Below, one piece after another: positions 1 through 10,362 of a stretch of DNA of 64,000 bases. Position 1 is the first letter of the stretch. The number at the start of each line of letters is the position of its first letter. Position numbers and translations under genes: made by a program. The stretch lies in assembly GCA_965218425.1 (NCBI GenBank), contig OZ244621.1, positions 384,001 through 448,000 on the forward strand, given 5' to 3'. Source of the stretch: an uncultured Candidatus Binatia bacterium (GTDB taxonomy: Bacteria; Desulfobacterota; Binatia; UBA9968; CAXXLF01). Below the pieces are notes generated by a model. The model did not search any database and was not told the DNA's origin. It worked only from the letters and a program-made list of their open reading frames with translations.

Positions 1-139
1 CCTTGACCCGTTTTTTCGGACGGTCAGCGGTTAGCTCGCTTGCCGCTGTCACCGGATGCCAGTAGCGGCGCATCAGATTTCCACACGGGGTACCAGGTCC
101 CACTTTGGTCAACAGATCGTTTTCATCCTTGGTAAGCAT
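1..139 (-). CDS. Rieske non-heme iron oxygenase alpha subunit, N-terminal part only (runs off window)
   Basis: Manual translation from ATG at 139: MLTKDENDLLTKVGPGTPCGNLMRRYWHPVTAASELTADRPKKRVK, closely similar to the N-terminus of the adjacent paralog. Confidence 0.85.
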   Translation of the reverse strand, partial: MLTKDENDLLTKVGPGTPCGNLMRRYWHPVTAASELTADRPKKRVK

Positions 140-153
140 GCTCTTTGCTTCGC

Positions 154-1494
154 TCAACTACCGTTACGGTTAACCTTCGCGGCATCGATCTTTGGCCTCG
201 CCGCACCGTAGGGAACATCGACTATCTCATGCCGATTGTCAAAGATCTCATCCTTCGATTTCCCATGCGATTTGCCGCCGGCCCAATAGGGGTCCCGGTA
301 AAGATCGGCTTCGTTTTGCCACCCCGCAAGCTCGATGCAGACGTTCTTCTCGGGGTCGCGTACAAGCCCCCAGGGATCCCCGCCCTGACCAACGATCTCG
401 ATCTGTTCCTTAAGCATTTTACGGAACATGATGATTCCCCGATCGGATTCACCCAGGTGCTCCTTTGAACGGTCAAATAGCGCACCTTGGGTCTCCCAGG
501 CCATCTTGTCATGACTGAAGAAGGTATCCATTGTGTATTCGGCGTTGGGGAGCATCTGCGGTGGCATGAATTGGACTAAAGGGTCCTCTCCCTCCTCCAC
601 CTCCTGACCATCCTCGCTCGGGCGGAAATGGACAATGATGAGCTCTGTACGGTAATCGTCAATAGGAACGCGCCAGTGCATCTGAGCAGTAATGCGCAGC
701 ATGTTGGGAAAAATTAATGGATGCCCCCAGCCTTCACTGCCATGCTTGCCTCCATAAACCCAACTTTTTAACAGCCCCCACTCGAAGGGCTGGAACCCAT
801 AACTTTCAAACGGACGTCCATAACCAATTTCATCGGCAGGCGATCTGTTGCCATCCGGCTGGTATCCCAAGGGAAGGTTACCAGGGCTCATTACCCCCTG
901 TTCTGATTGAGCTCGGGCCCTTTGTCTCAGTGTGTGGGAATGGAGGAAAAAAGTGTGGGTTACATCCACGGAATTTTCTTCTGCCTGGAGCCAGTTACAG
1001 TTGAGGGTCTCTTGACGCAGGACGCTACGGTGACCATTTTTCCATGCTAGTATATCCCAACGGGGCAGGAGGGGCTTGCGGTCTGGGGGACCCATGTAGG
1101 TGAATAATAACCCGCCCAGTTTCGCAACCGGATAGGCCGGGTGTCTCACCTGTTCCCGAAACTTCGGGTTGGGCTCGAAAGGCTGCTCTAAACATTTTCC
1201 GGCCTTGTCGTAAAGCCAGCCGTGATAGGGACAACGGATGGAGCCACTTTCTATGAATCCATAGTAAAGAGACGTCCCACGGTGGGCACAGTGCTCACCA
1301 ATAAGACCATAGCCACCTTTTTGGTCGCGAAAAAGGACAAGCTCTTCGCCCAGAATCTTGATTCGCTTCTTGGGCCGATCCTCCGTCAACTCCCTGGCTC
1401 CGGCTATGGGATGCCAGTAACGGCGCAGCAACTCACCGCACGGAGTCCCGCGGCCTACGCGGGTTAAAAGCTGGTTTTCTTCATTTGAGAGCAT
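154..1494 (-). CDS. Rieske 2Fe-2S aromatic ring-hydroxylating oxygenase alpha subunit (phthalate 4,5-dioxygenase-like family)
   Basis: CAHRG...CPYHGW Rieske motif; ENSVDVTHTFFLH iron site and distal Asp (HDKMAWETQG); start set at MLSNEEN by comparison with paralogs. Confidence 0.92.
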   Translation of the reverse strand: MLSNEENQLLTRVGRGTPCGELLRRYWHPIAGARELTEDRPKKRIKILGEELVLFRDQKGGYGLIGEHCAHRGTSLYYGFIESGSIRCPYHGWLYDKAGKCLEQPFEPNPKFREQVRHPAYPVAKLGGLLFTYMGPPDRKPLLPRWDILAWKNGHRSVLRQETLNCNWLQAEENSVDVTHTFFLHSHTLRQRARAQSEQGVMSPGNLPLGYQPDGNRSPADEIGYGRPFESYGFQPFEWGLLKSWVYGGKHGSEGWGHPLIFPNMLRITAQMHWRVPIDDYRTELIIVHFRPSEDGQEVEEGEDPLVQFMPPQMLPNAEYTMDTFFSHDKMAWETQGALFDRSKEHLGESDRGIIMFRKMLKEQIEIVGQGGDPWGLVRDPEKNVCIELAGWQNEADLYRDPYWAGGKSHGKSKDEIFDNRHEIVDVPYGAARPKIDAAKVNRNGS

Positions 1495-1516
1495 AGGAAA
1501 TTCCGACAATGAGGGA

Positions 1517-1545
1517 AGTACCACCGTTGGCGGGGACTGTCAACG
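1517..1545 (-). promoter_or_regulatory. Putative sigma70 promoter of the Rieske gene pair
   Basis: Minus strand TTGACA-N17-TACTTC just upstream of ATG 1494. Confidence 0.45.
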
Positions 1546-1644
1546 ACTTCAATGGGTTACCTATTACCACCGATATCACTCAAAGGATCCGCTACCCGGG
1601 CTTTTCACTCCATCAGATCTCCACACTGAATTCGGCCAGGTTAA

Positions 1645-2931
1645 TCAAGCACCCGGCCGCTTTGCCGCTACTTCTGAAGCACGCCGTTCGACAGGGTCTA
1701 TCTCATTGAGAGCAAAACGTTTAAGACCCGGGTAAAGGTAGTTGGTCCACAGCATGGATCCACCGATAACAAGTCCGGCCGAAAATACGGCCAAACGGCC
1801 ACCGAGAAGGGCTATGAACATTCCCGTGGGGGCCTGGCCAAGATGATTCAATCCCCTGAAGGTCATCTGGGAGATACTCATGACCCTGCCTCTCATTCCC
1901 TCCGTGCTCGAATACTGGAAGATGACGTTCCGCGTGGTTCCCCACATGGTGTCGCTCATGCCCAGGATCAACAACAGAAAAAGCGAGAAGGGCCATGCCT
2001 GAGAGTACGCAAAAAGTAAGTAGGTCAACACATGGATGGTCCCAAGAACATAGAGGGTTCTTCCCGGGCGGCGAAAATTCCCCATGAAAATGAGTGCCAG
2101 CGCACCAGTGATGCTGCCCACTCCCCTGGCAGACTGCATGAGGCCGAATCCCCCTGCGCCAACCTGCAATATGTCTTTGGCAAATACCGTAAGAAACACC
2201 TGGTTCAGTGAAAAGAAGGATGCGAAAGCTTCCAACAGCAATGCTCCGCAGATGACCGGCTGGCGGCGGACGTAATTGAGGCCTTCAAAAACACTTCGGA
2301 GCAGTTGGGTGCGCCCCGCGCTCCCCACAGAAGTGGCACGTATGAAAGGAAGGGTGAACACCACCACAAGATGAAATAGGGAATTTGCGGTATAAGCCCC
2401 GCCAATGCCCCAAGCGGTGATGATAATTCCCCCAAGGGCAGGACCAATGAGAGCGCTACCCCTAAAGAGTATCGAATTCATGGCCACCGCATTGGCAAGG
2501 GCACTTCTGGGTATAAGGCTGGGGAGCATGGCGCTTTGAGCAGGGCTCCCAACCGCCTGAACAGTGGCATTGGCAGCTGTAATAAGGTAGATGGACCATG
2601 CCGTAAGGGTACCGGTAAACGCGAGGGCCGCCAGAATAAACGACAGCACCACCTGGATGGAAGTGGTGATGAGGACGATAATTTTCCGCTCATAGCGGTC
2701 CGCAAACACGCCGCCAAAAAAACCAAAGCCGAAGGAGGGGGCGGCACGAAAAAGACCGTTTAAACCAACACCGATGGCAGAGCCGGTGATCTCATAAAGC
2801 GCCCAGCTCTGAGCCATGATCTGCATCCAGACGCCACAGTGGGAGACAAATTGGCTCCACCAATAGAGGCGAAAATCACGGTAACCGAATGCTGGAAAGT
2901 AACCCTGCGCCGGAGGAGATTCAGGAGACAT
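1645..2931 (-). CDS. MFS transporter (MFS_3/DUF894-like)
   Basis: About 12 hydrophobic segments; motif A GVFADRYERK; N-terminal FGYRDFRLYW; GMRGRVMS. Confidence 0.9.
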   Translation of the reverse strand: MSPESPPAQGYFPAFGYRDFRLYWWSQFVSHCGVWMQIMAQSWALYEITGSAIGVGLNGLFRAAPSFGFGFFGGVFADRYERKIIVLITTSIQVVLSFILAALAFTGTLTAWSIYLITAANATVQAVGSPAQSAMLPSLIPRSALANAVAMNSILFRGSALIGPALGGIIITAWGIGGAYTANSLFHLVVVFTLPFIRATSVGSAGRTQLLRSVFEGLNYVRRQPVICGALLLEAFASFFSLNQVFLTVFAKDILQVGAGGFGLMQSARGVGSITGALALIFMGNFRRPGRTLYVLGTIHVLTYLLFAYSQAWPFSLFLLLILGMSDTMWGTTRNVIFQYSSTEGMRGRVMSISQMTFRGLNHLGQAPTGMFIALLGGRLAVFSAGLVIGGSMLWTNYLYPGLKRFALNEIDPVERRASEVAAKRPGA

Positions 2932-3073
2932 GAAGCGCCCAAGATAAGCCTCTCAATTGAAAAAGACAACAACGATAGTGCGTTAAGAGCATGCCCTAGA
3001 CGAAGATGCTGGAATACAACCACTGCTGTTCCACCCGCACGGAAGGACAGGCCATGGTCCCGCTGGCAACGTC

Positions 3074-4828
3074 TCACTGCTCTCGCCCGCTGAGCCTGAC
3101 GTCCACCAGCGCCAGGGTGCTCTCCTTTTTCATGACTTGAAAGGCACGTTCGATGGCTGGCCTCAGGCCGGAAGGATTTTCCACGGGTCCTTCCGCGTAG
3201 GCCCCCTGAGCCCGGGCCAGACTCGCGAAATCAACTCTCGGATTCTGAATCTCCGTAGCGATGTGCTTGTTTGCCGTGGAACGCTGCCGCTGTTCCGATG
3301 TCCAGGTGACATGGGCCCCTTCACCTACATAACCTCCATTATCTAAAAGAAATACCAGTAGAGGTATATGATGGTGTACAGCAGTCCAAATGGAGCTAGG
3401 CACATAAAGAGATTCGCCGTCACCTATAAACGCTACACAAAAACCTCCTACCTTTTTCACCGCCAACGCAGCCCCAATGGACCGGGACAACGCCGTTCCT
3501 AATCCTGCCGCCTTCTGGCCTCCCATGAGACTGCCTGGTTTTTCCAATTCCCAGAGGTTTCTTGTCCAACCTCCGATGTTCCCTGTCACGATCCATTCCT
3601 CCCCTTTCACGCAGTTCCAGACTGCATTGGAGAGGGTCGCCAACGAAATCTCCTCTCTGCTCGCATCCTTCTCAAGCTGGTCTCTTGCCCTTTTCTTTAC
3701 CGCATCGTGAATTTCCTTGGCTCGGGCGAACCGTTCATCCGCCATCCTCTTTCGGTCGGGGTTCTTATCCAAAATCTCCCGCAATTCTCGTGTCAGCTGG
3801 GGGAGCGCAAGGCTCGTATCCGCTGCCACGGTGAACTCCACCGGCCACACGCGATCGAAATCCAACGTGGTGCTTTTGATCCATTGATCGAACAGGCCGA
3901 TATTAACGATTTTGGTACCGGGCTTGATGCGACTCTCCTTCTGCCTATTGTAGCGGTTCGAAATGGTGAAGGTCTGCTCGAGTTTATCCACATCCAATAG
4001 GATAATAACGTCGCTACGAGTGATCAAATCGCCCCCGGTTACATCAAGGGGATGAGTGCTGGGAAAATTCAAACTCCCTCCCCCGTCGATGACCGGGATC
4101 GAACCGGCTTCCGCCAACTGGACTAAATAATGGACCGCTTGCGGGTTCCTTCCAACCTGATCCGCAATAATGAGCGGTGCCTCAGCGTTGGCCAGCAATT
4201 CGGCAGTCTTCCTAAGAAAGGCAGGGTCACCCTGCACTCCAGTAGGAACCGCATATTTACTAATATCCGGGATCGTCACAGGCTCAGAAAGTTTTGCTTC
4301 CTGCCAACCTGCATCGAGGGCTATGTAAACCGGTCCCTTGGGCTCCGTCATGGCCACCCGGTAGGCTCGTATAAAAGATTCAGGGACGCTCTCGGGATCA
4401 TGAGGCTGATCGTCCCACTTGACATACTCCCTGACCAGGTTTCCTTGGACCAACGCCGTGTGTACCCAGTCGATCCACGGTCGCCTCCCTTTAAGGCTCA
4501 TGGGGCCTGTACCGCTCATGATGATTACAGGGGTTCGGTCCACATAGGCATTGTATATGGCCATGGCAGCATGCAGAGTACCCACCACATTATGAACCAA
4601 AGCCACTGCCGGTTTTCCGGTGGCCCTCCCATATCCCATGGCCACTCCAACGGCTATCTCCTCATGTAAGCACTCGATGATCTCGGGGGTCTTATTTTCA
4701 CCAAAGTTAATGATCGAATCCAGCAAACCTCGATAGGTAGCACCAAGATTCGCGGGGGCATACTCGATCCCATACTGCTGCATCATTTCAACGACGACAT
4801 CCGAACCCCATTCTGCTCTACCGGCCAT
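3074..4828 (-). CDS. Thiamine pyrophosphate-dependent enzyme (acetolactate synthase/benzoylformate decarboxylase-like)
   Basis: CLHEEIAVGVAMGY catalytic Glu region; GDGE...DNGGY ThDP-binding motif; RBS GGAGG. Confidence 0.9.
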   Translation of the reverse strand: MAGRAEWGSDVVVEMMQQYGIEYAPANLGATYRGLLDSIINFGENKTPEIIECLHEEIAVGVAMGYGRATGKPAVALVHNVVGTLHAAMAIYNAYVDRTPVIIMSGTGPMSLKGRRPWIDWVHTALVQGNLVREYVKWDDQPHDPESVPESFIRAYRVAMTEPKGPVYIALDAGWQEAKLSEPVTIPDISKYAVPTGVQGDPAFLRKTAELLANAEAPLIIADQVGRNPQAVHYLVQLAEAGSIPVIDGGGSLNFPSTHPLDVTGGDLITRSDVIILLDVDKLEQTFTISNRYNRQKESRIKPGTKIVNIGLFDQWIKSTTLDFDRVWPVEFTVAADTSLALPQLTRELREILDKNPDRKRMADERFARAKEIHDAVKKRARDQLEKDASREEISLATLSNAVWNCVKGEEWIVTGNIGGWTRNLWELEKPGSLMGGQKAAGLGTALSRSIGAALAVKKVGGFCVAFIGDGESLYVPSSIWTAVHHHIPLLVFLLDNGGYVGEGAHVTWTSEQRQRSTANKHIATEIQNPRVDFASLARAQGAYAEGPVENPSGLRPAIERAFQVMKKESTLALVDVRLSGREQ

Positions 4829-5223
4829 GGTTCACCTCCATTAGTTTTCCAACGATACGCCTTTTGAGATCTTTCTTGTACAGCGAGTCCAGTCGCGCCT
4901 TCAATACATCCGCCTAGGTTCGCCTGTCAAGTTATGGTTGGCTCGCCGACAGAAATTGTGGCGGCGACATCTACCCCACCTTATCCAACAGGGCAATCTG
5001 GCGAGCGCTCATTTTCCATCCCTATTCCTTTAGGCCTCGGAGACTCCCTTCACTCCACGGGACTCTCGCAACGACCCACCGGGCCAGCGCTCGCACGAAT
5101 CTTCCGGATCTCAGATTAGCCGTGGGCGGACTCCCGCTTTCATACGGCGCCGACCTCGATGGGTATCCCGCTGCTCCGTCCAGTTCCGCTCAGCAAGCCC
5201 CCTCAGCCCACAGCCGATGCGAA

Positions 5224-5390
5224 GGAGCTGGTGTGCCTGAGCGGAAGTTTGACCCTGAAGGGTGCAAGCCTCTGCGAAGCTGAGGATAAGCGGCATCGAC
5301 TGTTTGAGCGCAGCGAGTTTCGAGGCTGCCCGAAGCGAGCGGCTAAGGCTTCCCATCGAGGGACCACTGAAGCAAAGGGACACCAGTTCC
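5224..5390. repeat. Nested-palindrome REP/MITE-like element
   Basis: Ends GGAGCTGGTGTGCCT and AGGGACACCAGTTCC are inverted (13/15); imperfect inner inverted arms; core ACTGTTTGAGCGCAGCGAGTTT. Confidence 0.5.
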
Positions 5391-5575
5391 GGCACAAGAA
5401 CGCTCAACTCCTGCCAGGACAAGCTGCTACGACGAACACACCCATACGTCTTATAAAAGAGACCGGTTTTAAGTTGTCCTTCCACCTGCGGTGTGATAGG
5501 GAAAAATCGTAGGAGAACGCAAACTTAGACGTTTTCGAGCCCCCCTAACAAACCCACTATGGGAGGAAGATTGCC

Positions 5576-6838
5576 ATGCTACCCAAAGAGAGCAATGAGC
5601 TGATTACTCGAACGGGACCGGGTACGCCTATGGGTGAGTTGATCAGACGATATTGGATCCCCGCCTTGTTGTCAGAGGAAATCACTCAGCCGGACTGCCC
5701 CCCGGTGCAGGTGAGGATCCTGGGTGAGGAGCTCGTTGCCTTTCGCGACACCAAGAGAAAGATTGGCCTCCTGAATGAACACTGCTCCCACCGGGGAACA
5801 TCACTCTTTTATGGCCGAAACGAAGACTGCGGCCTACGGTGTATCTACCATGGCTGGAAGTACGACGTGGAAGGAAACGTTGTGGACACTCCGGCGGAGC
5901 CCGCTAACAGCGACTTTAAGAAAAAGCTGCGCCACCCTGCCTATCCCACCGTGGAAGTGGCCGGGATTGTCTTTGCTTATTTAGGTCCTAAAGAAAAGAT
6001 GCCCTTGTTTCCCATGTATGAATGGGCTGAGCTTCCCCAGGACCACACCTATGTTACCAAGTGTCTACAGGACTGCAACTATCTGCAGGGCCTTGAAGGC
6101 GAATGCGACTCGTCCCATCTTTCCTTCCTGCACCGCGAGTTCAGCAAAGACCGCGTACAAGCGTTGTACCAAAGGGATAGCGCGCCCAAATATGAAATCG
6201 AAGAAACCGATTTCGGCCTGAGGCTCATCGCTACCCGTAAGGCGGGTGCCGACCAAACCTACATCAGGGTATCCAGTTTCACTACACCCATTGCCTGCTG
6301 GGTACCGGCACGTGGCCGCGAAACCCATATCTACGTACCGGCAGATGACACCCATAGCTGGAGATACGATCTTGGGTTCCTCAAGGATAGAGCCGTACGC
6401 GACGATGAGGTCCACCGGCGCAAACAGATCGGGCCTGATTATCGCAGGATACGAAACATCCACAACCACTACCTGCAGGACAGGCAGGTACAAAAAACGA
6501 TCAGTTACACCGGAATTGAGGATTTTCTAAACCATGACTCTTGCGCCACGGAGACTATGGGCCCCCTCTATGACCGCAGCAAGGAACATTTAGGGGTTAG
6601 TGACACCGCGGTCATTGCCATGCGCAAGTACTTGTTGGATGCTGTTAAAACTCTGCAGGAGGGTAAAGAACCCCCGCACATCGTGCGAGACCCTGCAAAG
6701 AACAACTTCGGCCACGTGGATACCCTAGCCCAAGTGATTCCTTCGAACATACCCTGGCGAGAGTTCTTCACACACCTAACCAAAACAGGTCAAGCGAAGG
6801 GCTCGGCGACGGGCAAAACGAGGCAAAAGGCTTCTTAG
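5576..6838 (+). CDS. Rieske oxygenase alpha subunit (phthalate 4,5-dioxygenase-like family)
   Basis: CSHRG...CIYHGW; EGECDSSHLSFLH; NHDSCATETMG; RBS GGAGG. Confidence 0.93.
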   Translation: MLPKESNELITRTGPGTPMGELIRRYWIPALLSEEITQPDCPPVQVRILGEELVAFRDTKRKIGLLNEHCSHRGTSLFYGRNEDCGLRCIYHGWKYDVEGNVVDTPAEPANSDFKKKLRHPAYPTVEVAGIVFAYLGPKEKMPLFPMYEWAELPQDHTYVTKCLQDCNYLQGLEGECDSSHLSFLHREFSKDRVQALYQRDSAPKYEIEETDFGLRLIATRKAGADQTYIRVSSFTTPIACWVPARGRETHIYVPADDTHSWRYDLGFLKDRAVRDDEVHRRKQIGPDYRRIRNIHNHYLQDRQVQKTISYTGIEDFLNHDSCATETMGPLYDRSKEHLGVSDTAVIAMRKYLLDAVKTLQEGKEPPHIVRDPAKNNFGHVDTLAQVIPSNIPWREFFTHLTKTGQAKGSATGKTRQKAS

Positions 6839-6895
6839 CTCGCCTGATTCCGATGTTTTTTAGGCAAAATTCGCCCGGGTATTGTACGACCTATC

Positions 6896-7657
6896 CTATA
6901 CCCAACCCCGATTCCATCGCTCGCCTTTTTTAACCTTGTCGGCGTAATAGTTCCACTCGGCAGAGTGTTGGGCCGGCGCCGCTCCCCTCCCAAGCTCCCG
7001 AGCACGCGCCATGAGCTTTGCCGAGGTGGCCTGAATGGACTGGATAAATTCCGGTGTTGGACCCGTGTACCCAAGCATGTGTGCCATGGCCTGCATTTTC
7101 GCAGTGCGCTCTAAATAGAGGGCGTTCATGCAGGCTTCGTCCACCGTCTTTCCAACCGAGACGATGCCATGTCCCTTGATGATCACCGCGGGGGCCTGAC
7201 CAAGGGTCTTGGCCAAGTCCGCTCCCTCCTGCGCGTCAATGATAAAAATGGGGTCCGGATAGATGGGAACGCCTTTGCCGAATCGTTTCGACTGTTGGTG
7301 CATGTTATACACCGTCTTATCGGCCATACTGAGGGCAATACACATGGGTGCATGGGAATGAACGGCGGCGGTCACGTCTGGCCGGGCCTTGAATGCCTCG
7401 CTGTAGATGGCCGCCTCCATGGGTATGGTTCCAACACCGGACAGTTTGTTCAGCGAGTAGTCGAAGCGAACGAACCAGTCTTTGACTCCCGGCTCCTCCG
7501 GGGGGCGAAAAATCTTCACCGCGATGGATTCGGAATCCGGGATTCGGGTGGCCACGTGACCCCAGATATCCCCCATTTCCCATTCGAGGATCGACGAGGC
7601 AATCCTCAACTCTTCTTCCAATACATCAATGTCTGACATGCACCCCGCCTTTTGCAT
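6896..7657 (-). CDS. Class II aldolase/adducin family metalloenzyme (start may be 7639)
   Basis: WGHVATR, ARPDVTAAVHSHAP, IIKGHGIVSVGKTVDEA motifs; TAATG overlap with upstream stop. Confidence 0.88.
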   Translation of the reverse strand: MQKAGCMSDIDVLEEELRIASSILEWEMGDIWGHVATRIPDSESIAVKIFRPPEEPGVKDWFVRFDYSLNKLSGVGTIPMEAAIYSEAFKARPDVTAAVHSHAPMCIALSMADKTVYNMHQQSKRFGKGVPIYPDPIFIIDAQEGADLAKTLGQAPAVIIKGHGIVSVGKTVDEACMNALYLERTAKMQAMAHMLGYTGPTPEFIQSIQATSAKLMARARELGRGAAPAQHSAEWNYYADKVKKGERWNRGWV

Positions 7658-8619
7658 TATGTTTCAAGCGTGCCTGCCGCAAAGAAATCCTCTAATGCGA
7701 GCTTCTTGCTGGTGATGCCCTGCTCGGCATTATAGGTAAGATAGCTATCGATCATGTTCTTGTTTGCCCTGACCCCATATTTCCAAGGGTCTCCCCAATC
7801 CTTTATCTGTTCCTCCAGGCGCTCTCGTAGATAGACCACTGAGAATCCCGCCCGGTCGTTCAGGATATCCTCATAGGCCAGCTTTTTTGCCTCCTCAAAG
7901 GCGGTAAAGAGCTTGCCGGCCAGATCCGGATTCCCACGGTCCAGTTTCTTGCTCATTACGATCTGGTGCATGGTGGCGTAAATGCCGGTCTCCCGATACA
8001 GCTGCAGGTCCTCCTCCACGTAATTGGGAAATAGACGCATAATCGACGGGTCTTGCTCGAGAGTACGGAAAGCCTTACCGTCTGAAATATCGGTGATGAT
8101 GGCGTCTACCTCTCCATCCAGCAGGCGGTTTATTGGAGTCTTCTTGGGGTCCTCTGCAGCTTCAACCTTGGGTTCGGTTTTATGGAGGGGAAAGACCCTG
8201 CGTGGGATCGAGGTCACCCACCGCAGCTTGGAGGTGTCCACGCCATGCCTGTGTTGAAGCAGGCCCTGCAACCAGATGGTAATGGACGTTGGATAGGAGT
8301 TGCTCCCGATACGCTTGCCCTCGAGGTCCTTGGGTGAGTTGATCCCTCGGTCCGCGCGGCAAAACAGAAAGGTGTAAACCGGTTTCCTCTTTGAGAATAC
8401 CGGCAGGCCGATCAGTTCCCAACCTGCTTCGATGGCTGGCAACACGTAGCCCGCGTTCAAGTCACAGAGCCCAAAAGCACCTTCTCGAAGCTCCGGTACG
8501 TCGTTGAAAACCATGGAGCTGGTGCGCACAGGCTTTAACTCAACACCCTCGATTTTCACCCGCCCTTCGAGCAAGGGCATGGTGTGATCGTAACGCATTA
8601 TTGGAAACGGTACTTCCAT
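7657..8619 (-). CDS. 4,5-dihydroxyphthalate decarboxylase-like protein (periplasmic-binding-protein fold, no signal peptide)
   Basis: YDHTMPLLEGRVKIEGVEL, LPVF, SPKDLEGKRIG, WGDPWKYGVRAN, EQGIT match the Pht5-like pattern; start MEVPF at 8619. Confidence 0.8.
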   Translation of the reverse strand: MEVPFPIMRYDHTMPLLEGRVKIEGVELKPVRTSSMVFNDVPELREGAFGLCDLNAGYVLPAIEAGWELIGLPVFSKRKPVYTFLFCRADRGINSPKDLEGKRIGSNSYPTSITIWLQGLLQHRHGVDTSKLRWVTSIPRRVFPLHKTEPKVEAAEDPKKTPINRLLDGEVDAIITDISDGKAFRTLEQDPSIMRLFPNYVEEDLQLYRETGIYATMHQIVMSKKLDRGNPDLAGKLFTAFEEAKKLAYEDILNDRAGFSVVYLRERLEEQIKDWGDPWKYGVRANKNMIDSYLTYNAEQGITSKKLALEDFFAAGTLET

Positions 8620-8647
8620 TTTGCAACCCCCCGACAAAGCTGGTGCA

Positions 8648-8676
8648 GAATTACCACCCTCCCCAATGGCAGTCAA
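8648..8676 (-). promoter_or_regulatory. Putative sigma70 promoter for the decarboxylase-like/aldolase pair
   Basis: Minus strand TTGACT-N17-TAATTC with TG extension. Confidence 0.45.
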
Positions 8677-8735
8677 GGGGGAACGACTCTATCATGCGAT
8701 CCGGTGCGTGTAGCACCTCAGTCCTCGGCAAGGAA

Positions 8736-8968
8736 GGGCTCGGGGGCCCGTCCCTCAGCGGGAGCCGATGGGTTTATACATCGAGGTCCCGCCATTAAAT
8801 TCGAAATGCCAAGCTGGATTAAGCATCCAGTATCGGACGTCTCCCTTTCTTCGGAACAGGCCCCCCTGCACTCTCATCCGGAAGACGACGCGGGGGAGTA
8901 AAACGGAAGACCGTGGGCATCGAACACGGATCACCTGACATTTACAGGCCTATTGGCCTCGGTCGGAG
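8736..8968. repeat. Conserved non-coding element, copy 1 (candidate structured RNA or MITE)
   Basis: Same-orientation homolog at 11680-11910; identical blocks of 17, 25 and 14 nt; substitutions show no codon periodicity. Confidence 0.75.
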
Positions 8969-8996
8969 GCGGATCTTCAACGCTTTTTCGCGAGCC

Positions 8997-10214
8997 TCAC
9001 TTGACGAGATAGGGCCAGTGCTCACGCCAGCTTTCCTCTGCAGGGAACACTTCATGGACGGTGTCCACATGGGTCATGTCGTTTTTTGCGGCATCCGTAA
9101 TGATATGAGGGGGCTCCGTACCGTTCTGAAATGACTTCACCGCATTTAGAAGATAGTTACGCACCGCGATGACGGCTTTGTCGCTCATGCCCAAGCGCTC
9201 CTTCGAACGATCGAAGATGCCAGAATAGGACATGGTCTCCGTAGCGCAGGCATCCTGCACCATGATCTCCTTGATGCCGGTGAAATTCTGACTTCGCATC
9301 ATCTCCGCGTCCTGGAGGTAGTCGTTGCTGAGATTGGGGATTTTCCGATAATCAGGACCGATGGAGGACCGACGGTGCATATCCTCCGGCGTGACGGGCC
9401 GGTTCAGATAACCAAGGTCGTATCTCCACGTACGGGTGTCGTTGATGGGCGCATACATGTGAATTTCCCGGTTAAAAACCGGCACCCAAACCTCCACGGG
9501 CATAACAAAGCTCGAGACGCGTATATAGTGTTCCTTTGGATCGGGCTGGGATCGAGCGGCGATTAAACGCACCCCGAAGTCAGTCTCCTCTGTCTCGTAT
9601 TCGGCTGTCAGGTCCTGGAGCACGGGTCTACCTCGACCGAACTTTTGGGCACCATGGTGCATGATGGCCACATGGGCGGTATCACACTCCCCTTCCAGTC
9701 CCTGTAACCAATTGCATTCCAGGAGGACCTTGGTGACGTAAACATTCTCCTTTGGCGCCTGCGTAAAGCGATAGTTGGGAAAAAGAGGCATTTTCTCCCT
9801 GGGACCCAGGTAAGCCCAGATAATTCCGGCAACCTCATGCGTTGGATAGGACAGGTGTTTGACTTTATCCCTGATGACACTGCGGTCTGGTTCTCCGGGG
9901 GTATCTAGTACGTTTCCCTCCACGTCATATTTCCAACCATGATAGATACAGGTCAGGCCACACTCTTCGTTGCGTGCATAAAACAGCGAGGTTCCGCGAT
10001 GGGAACAATGTTCGCCCAGCAATCCGACCCTGCCCTCACTGTCTCGGAAGGCCACCAATTCTTCGCCCAGTAACCGCACACGCACGGGACGGCCGTCTCG
10101 CTCGGAGATTTCTTCCGAGAGCAGCGCAGGCAGCCAGTAGCGCCGCATCAATTGACCAAGCACCGCCCCGTTGTCCGTCCTGGTAATGAGATCATTGTCT
10201 TCTTTGCTCAGCAT
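8997..10214 (-). CDS. Rieske oxygenase alpha subunit (phthalate 4,5-dioxygenase-like family)
   Basis: CSHRG...CIYHGW; EGECDTAHVAIMH; QDACATETM; close paralog of 5576..6838. Confidence 0.93.
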   Translation of the reverse strand: MLSKEDNDLITRTDNGAVLGQLMRRYWLPALLSEEISERDGRPVRVRLLGEELVAFRDSEGRVGLLGEHCSHRGTSLFYARNEECGLTCIYHGWKYDVEGNVLDTPGEPDRSVIRDKVKHLSYPTHEVAGIIWAYLGPREKMPLFPNYRFTQAPKENVYVTKVLLECNWLQGLEGECDTAHVAIMHHGAQKFGRGRPVLQDLTAEYETEETDFGVRLIAARSQPDPKEHYIRVSSFVMPVEVWVPVFNREIHMYAPINDTRTWRYDLGYLNRPVTPEDMHRRSSIGPDYRKIPNLSNDYLQDAEMMRSQNFTGIKEIMVQDACATETMSYSGIFDRSKERLGMSDKAVIAVRNYLLNAVKSFQNGTEPPHIITDAAKNDMTHVDTVHEVFPAEESWREHWPYLVK

Positions 10215-10362
10215 AAGCGTCCTCCTTACTCCTCACAGCTATACAGCCAGATGAAGAAGGCACATGAGACACGAATAACATTACACCCTGCGCCCGATTC
10301 CCTCCTCACTCAGTACTAAACCGCATTGCCCACTGCTCTCTGCTACTATGCCGTGGTGTCTC

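Noticed and set aside
4934..5512. Several overlapping ORFs of 61-124 aa
   Set aside because: No recognisable motifs or clear RBS; explained by palindromic GC-rich sequence.
8686..8772. SAM-I riboswitch-like words on the minus strand (GCTGAGGGACGGGCCC...GGTGCTA...GAT)
   Set aside because: The AUCNAGAG and GCAACC core elements are absent, the words are not kept in copy 2, and the downstream gene is not methionine-related.
8750..8790. GAGCCGAT...ATAC resemblance to 6S RNA or group II intron domain V
   Set aside because: Only a short word match; no 6S rod with central bubble or domain V/VI geometry could be built.
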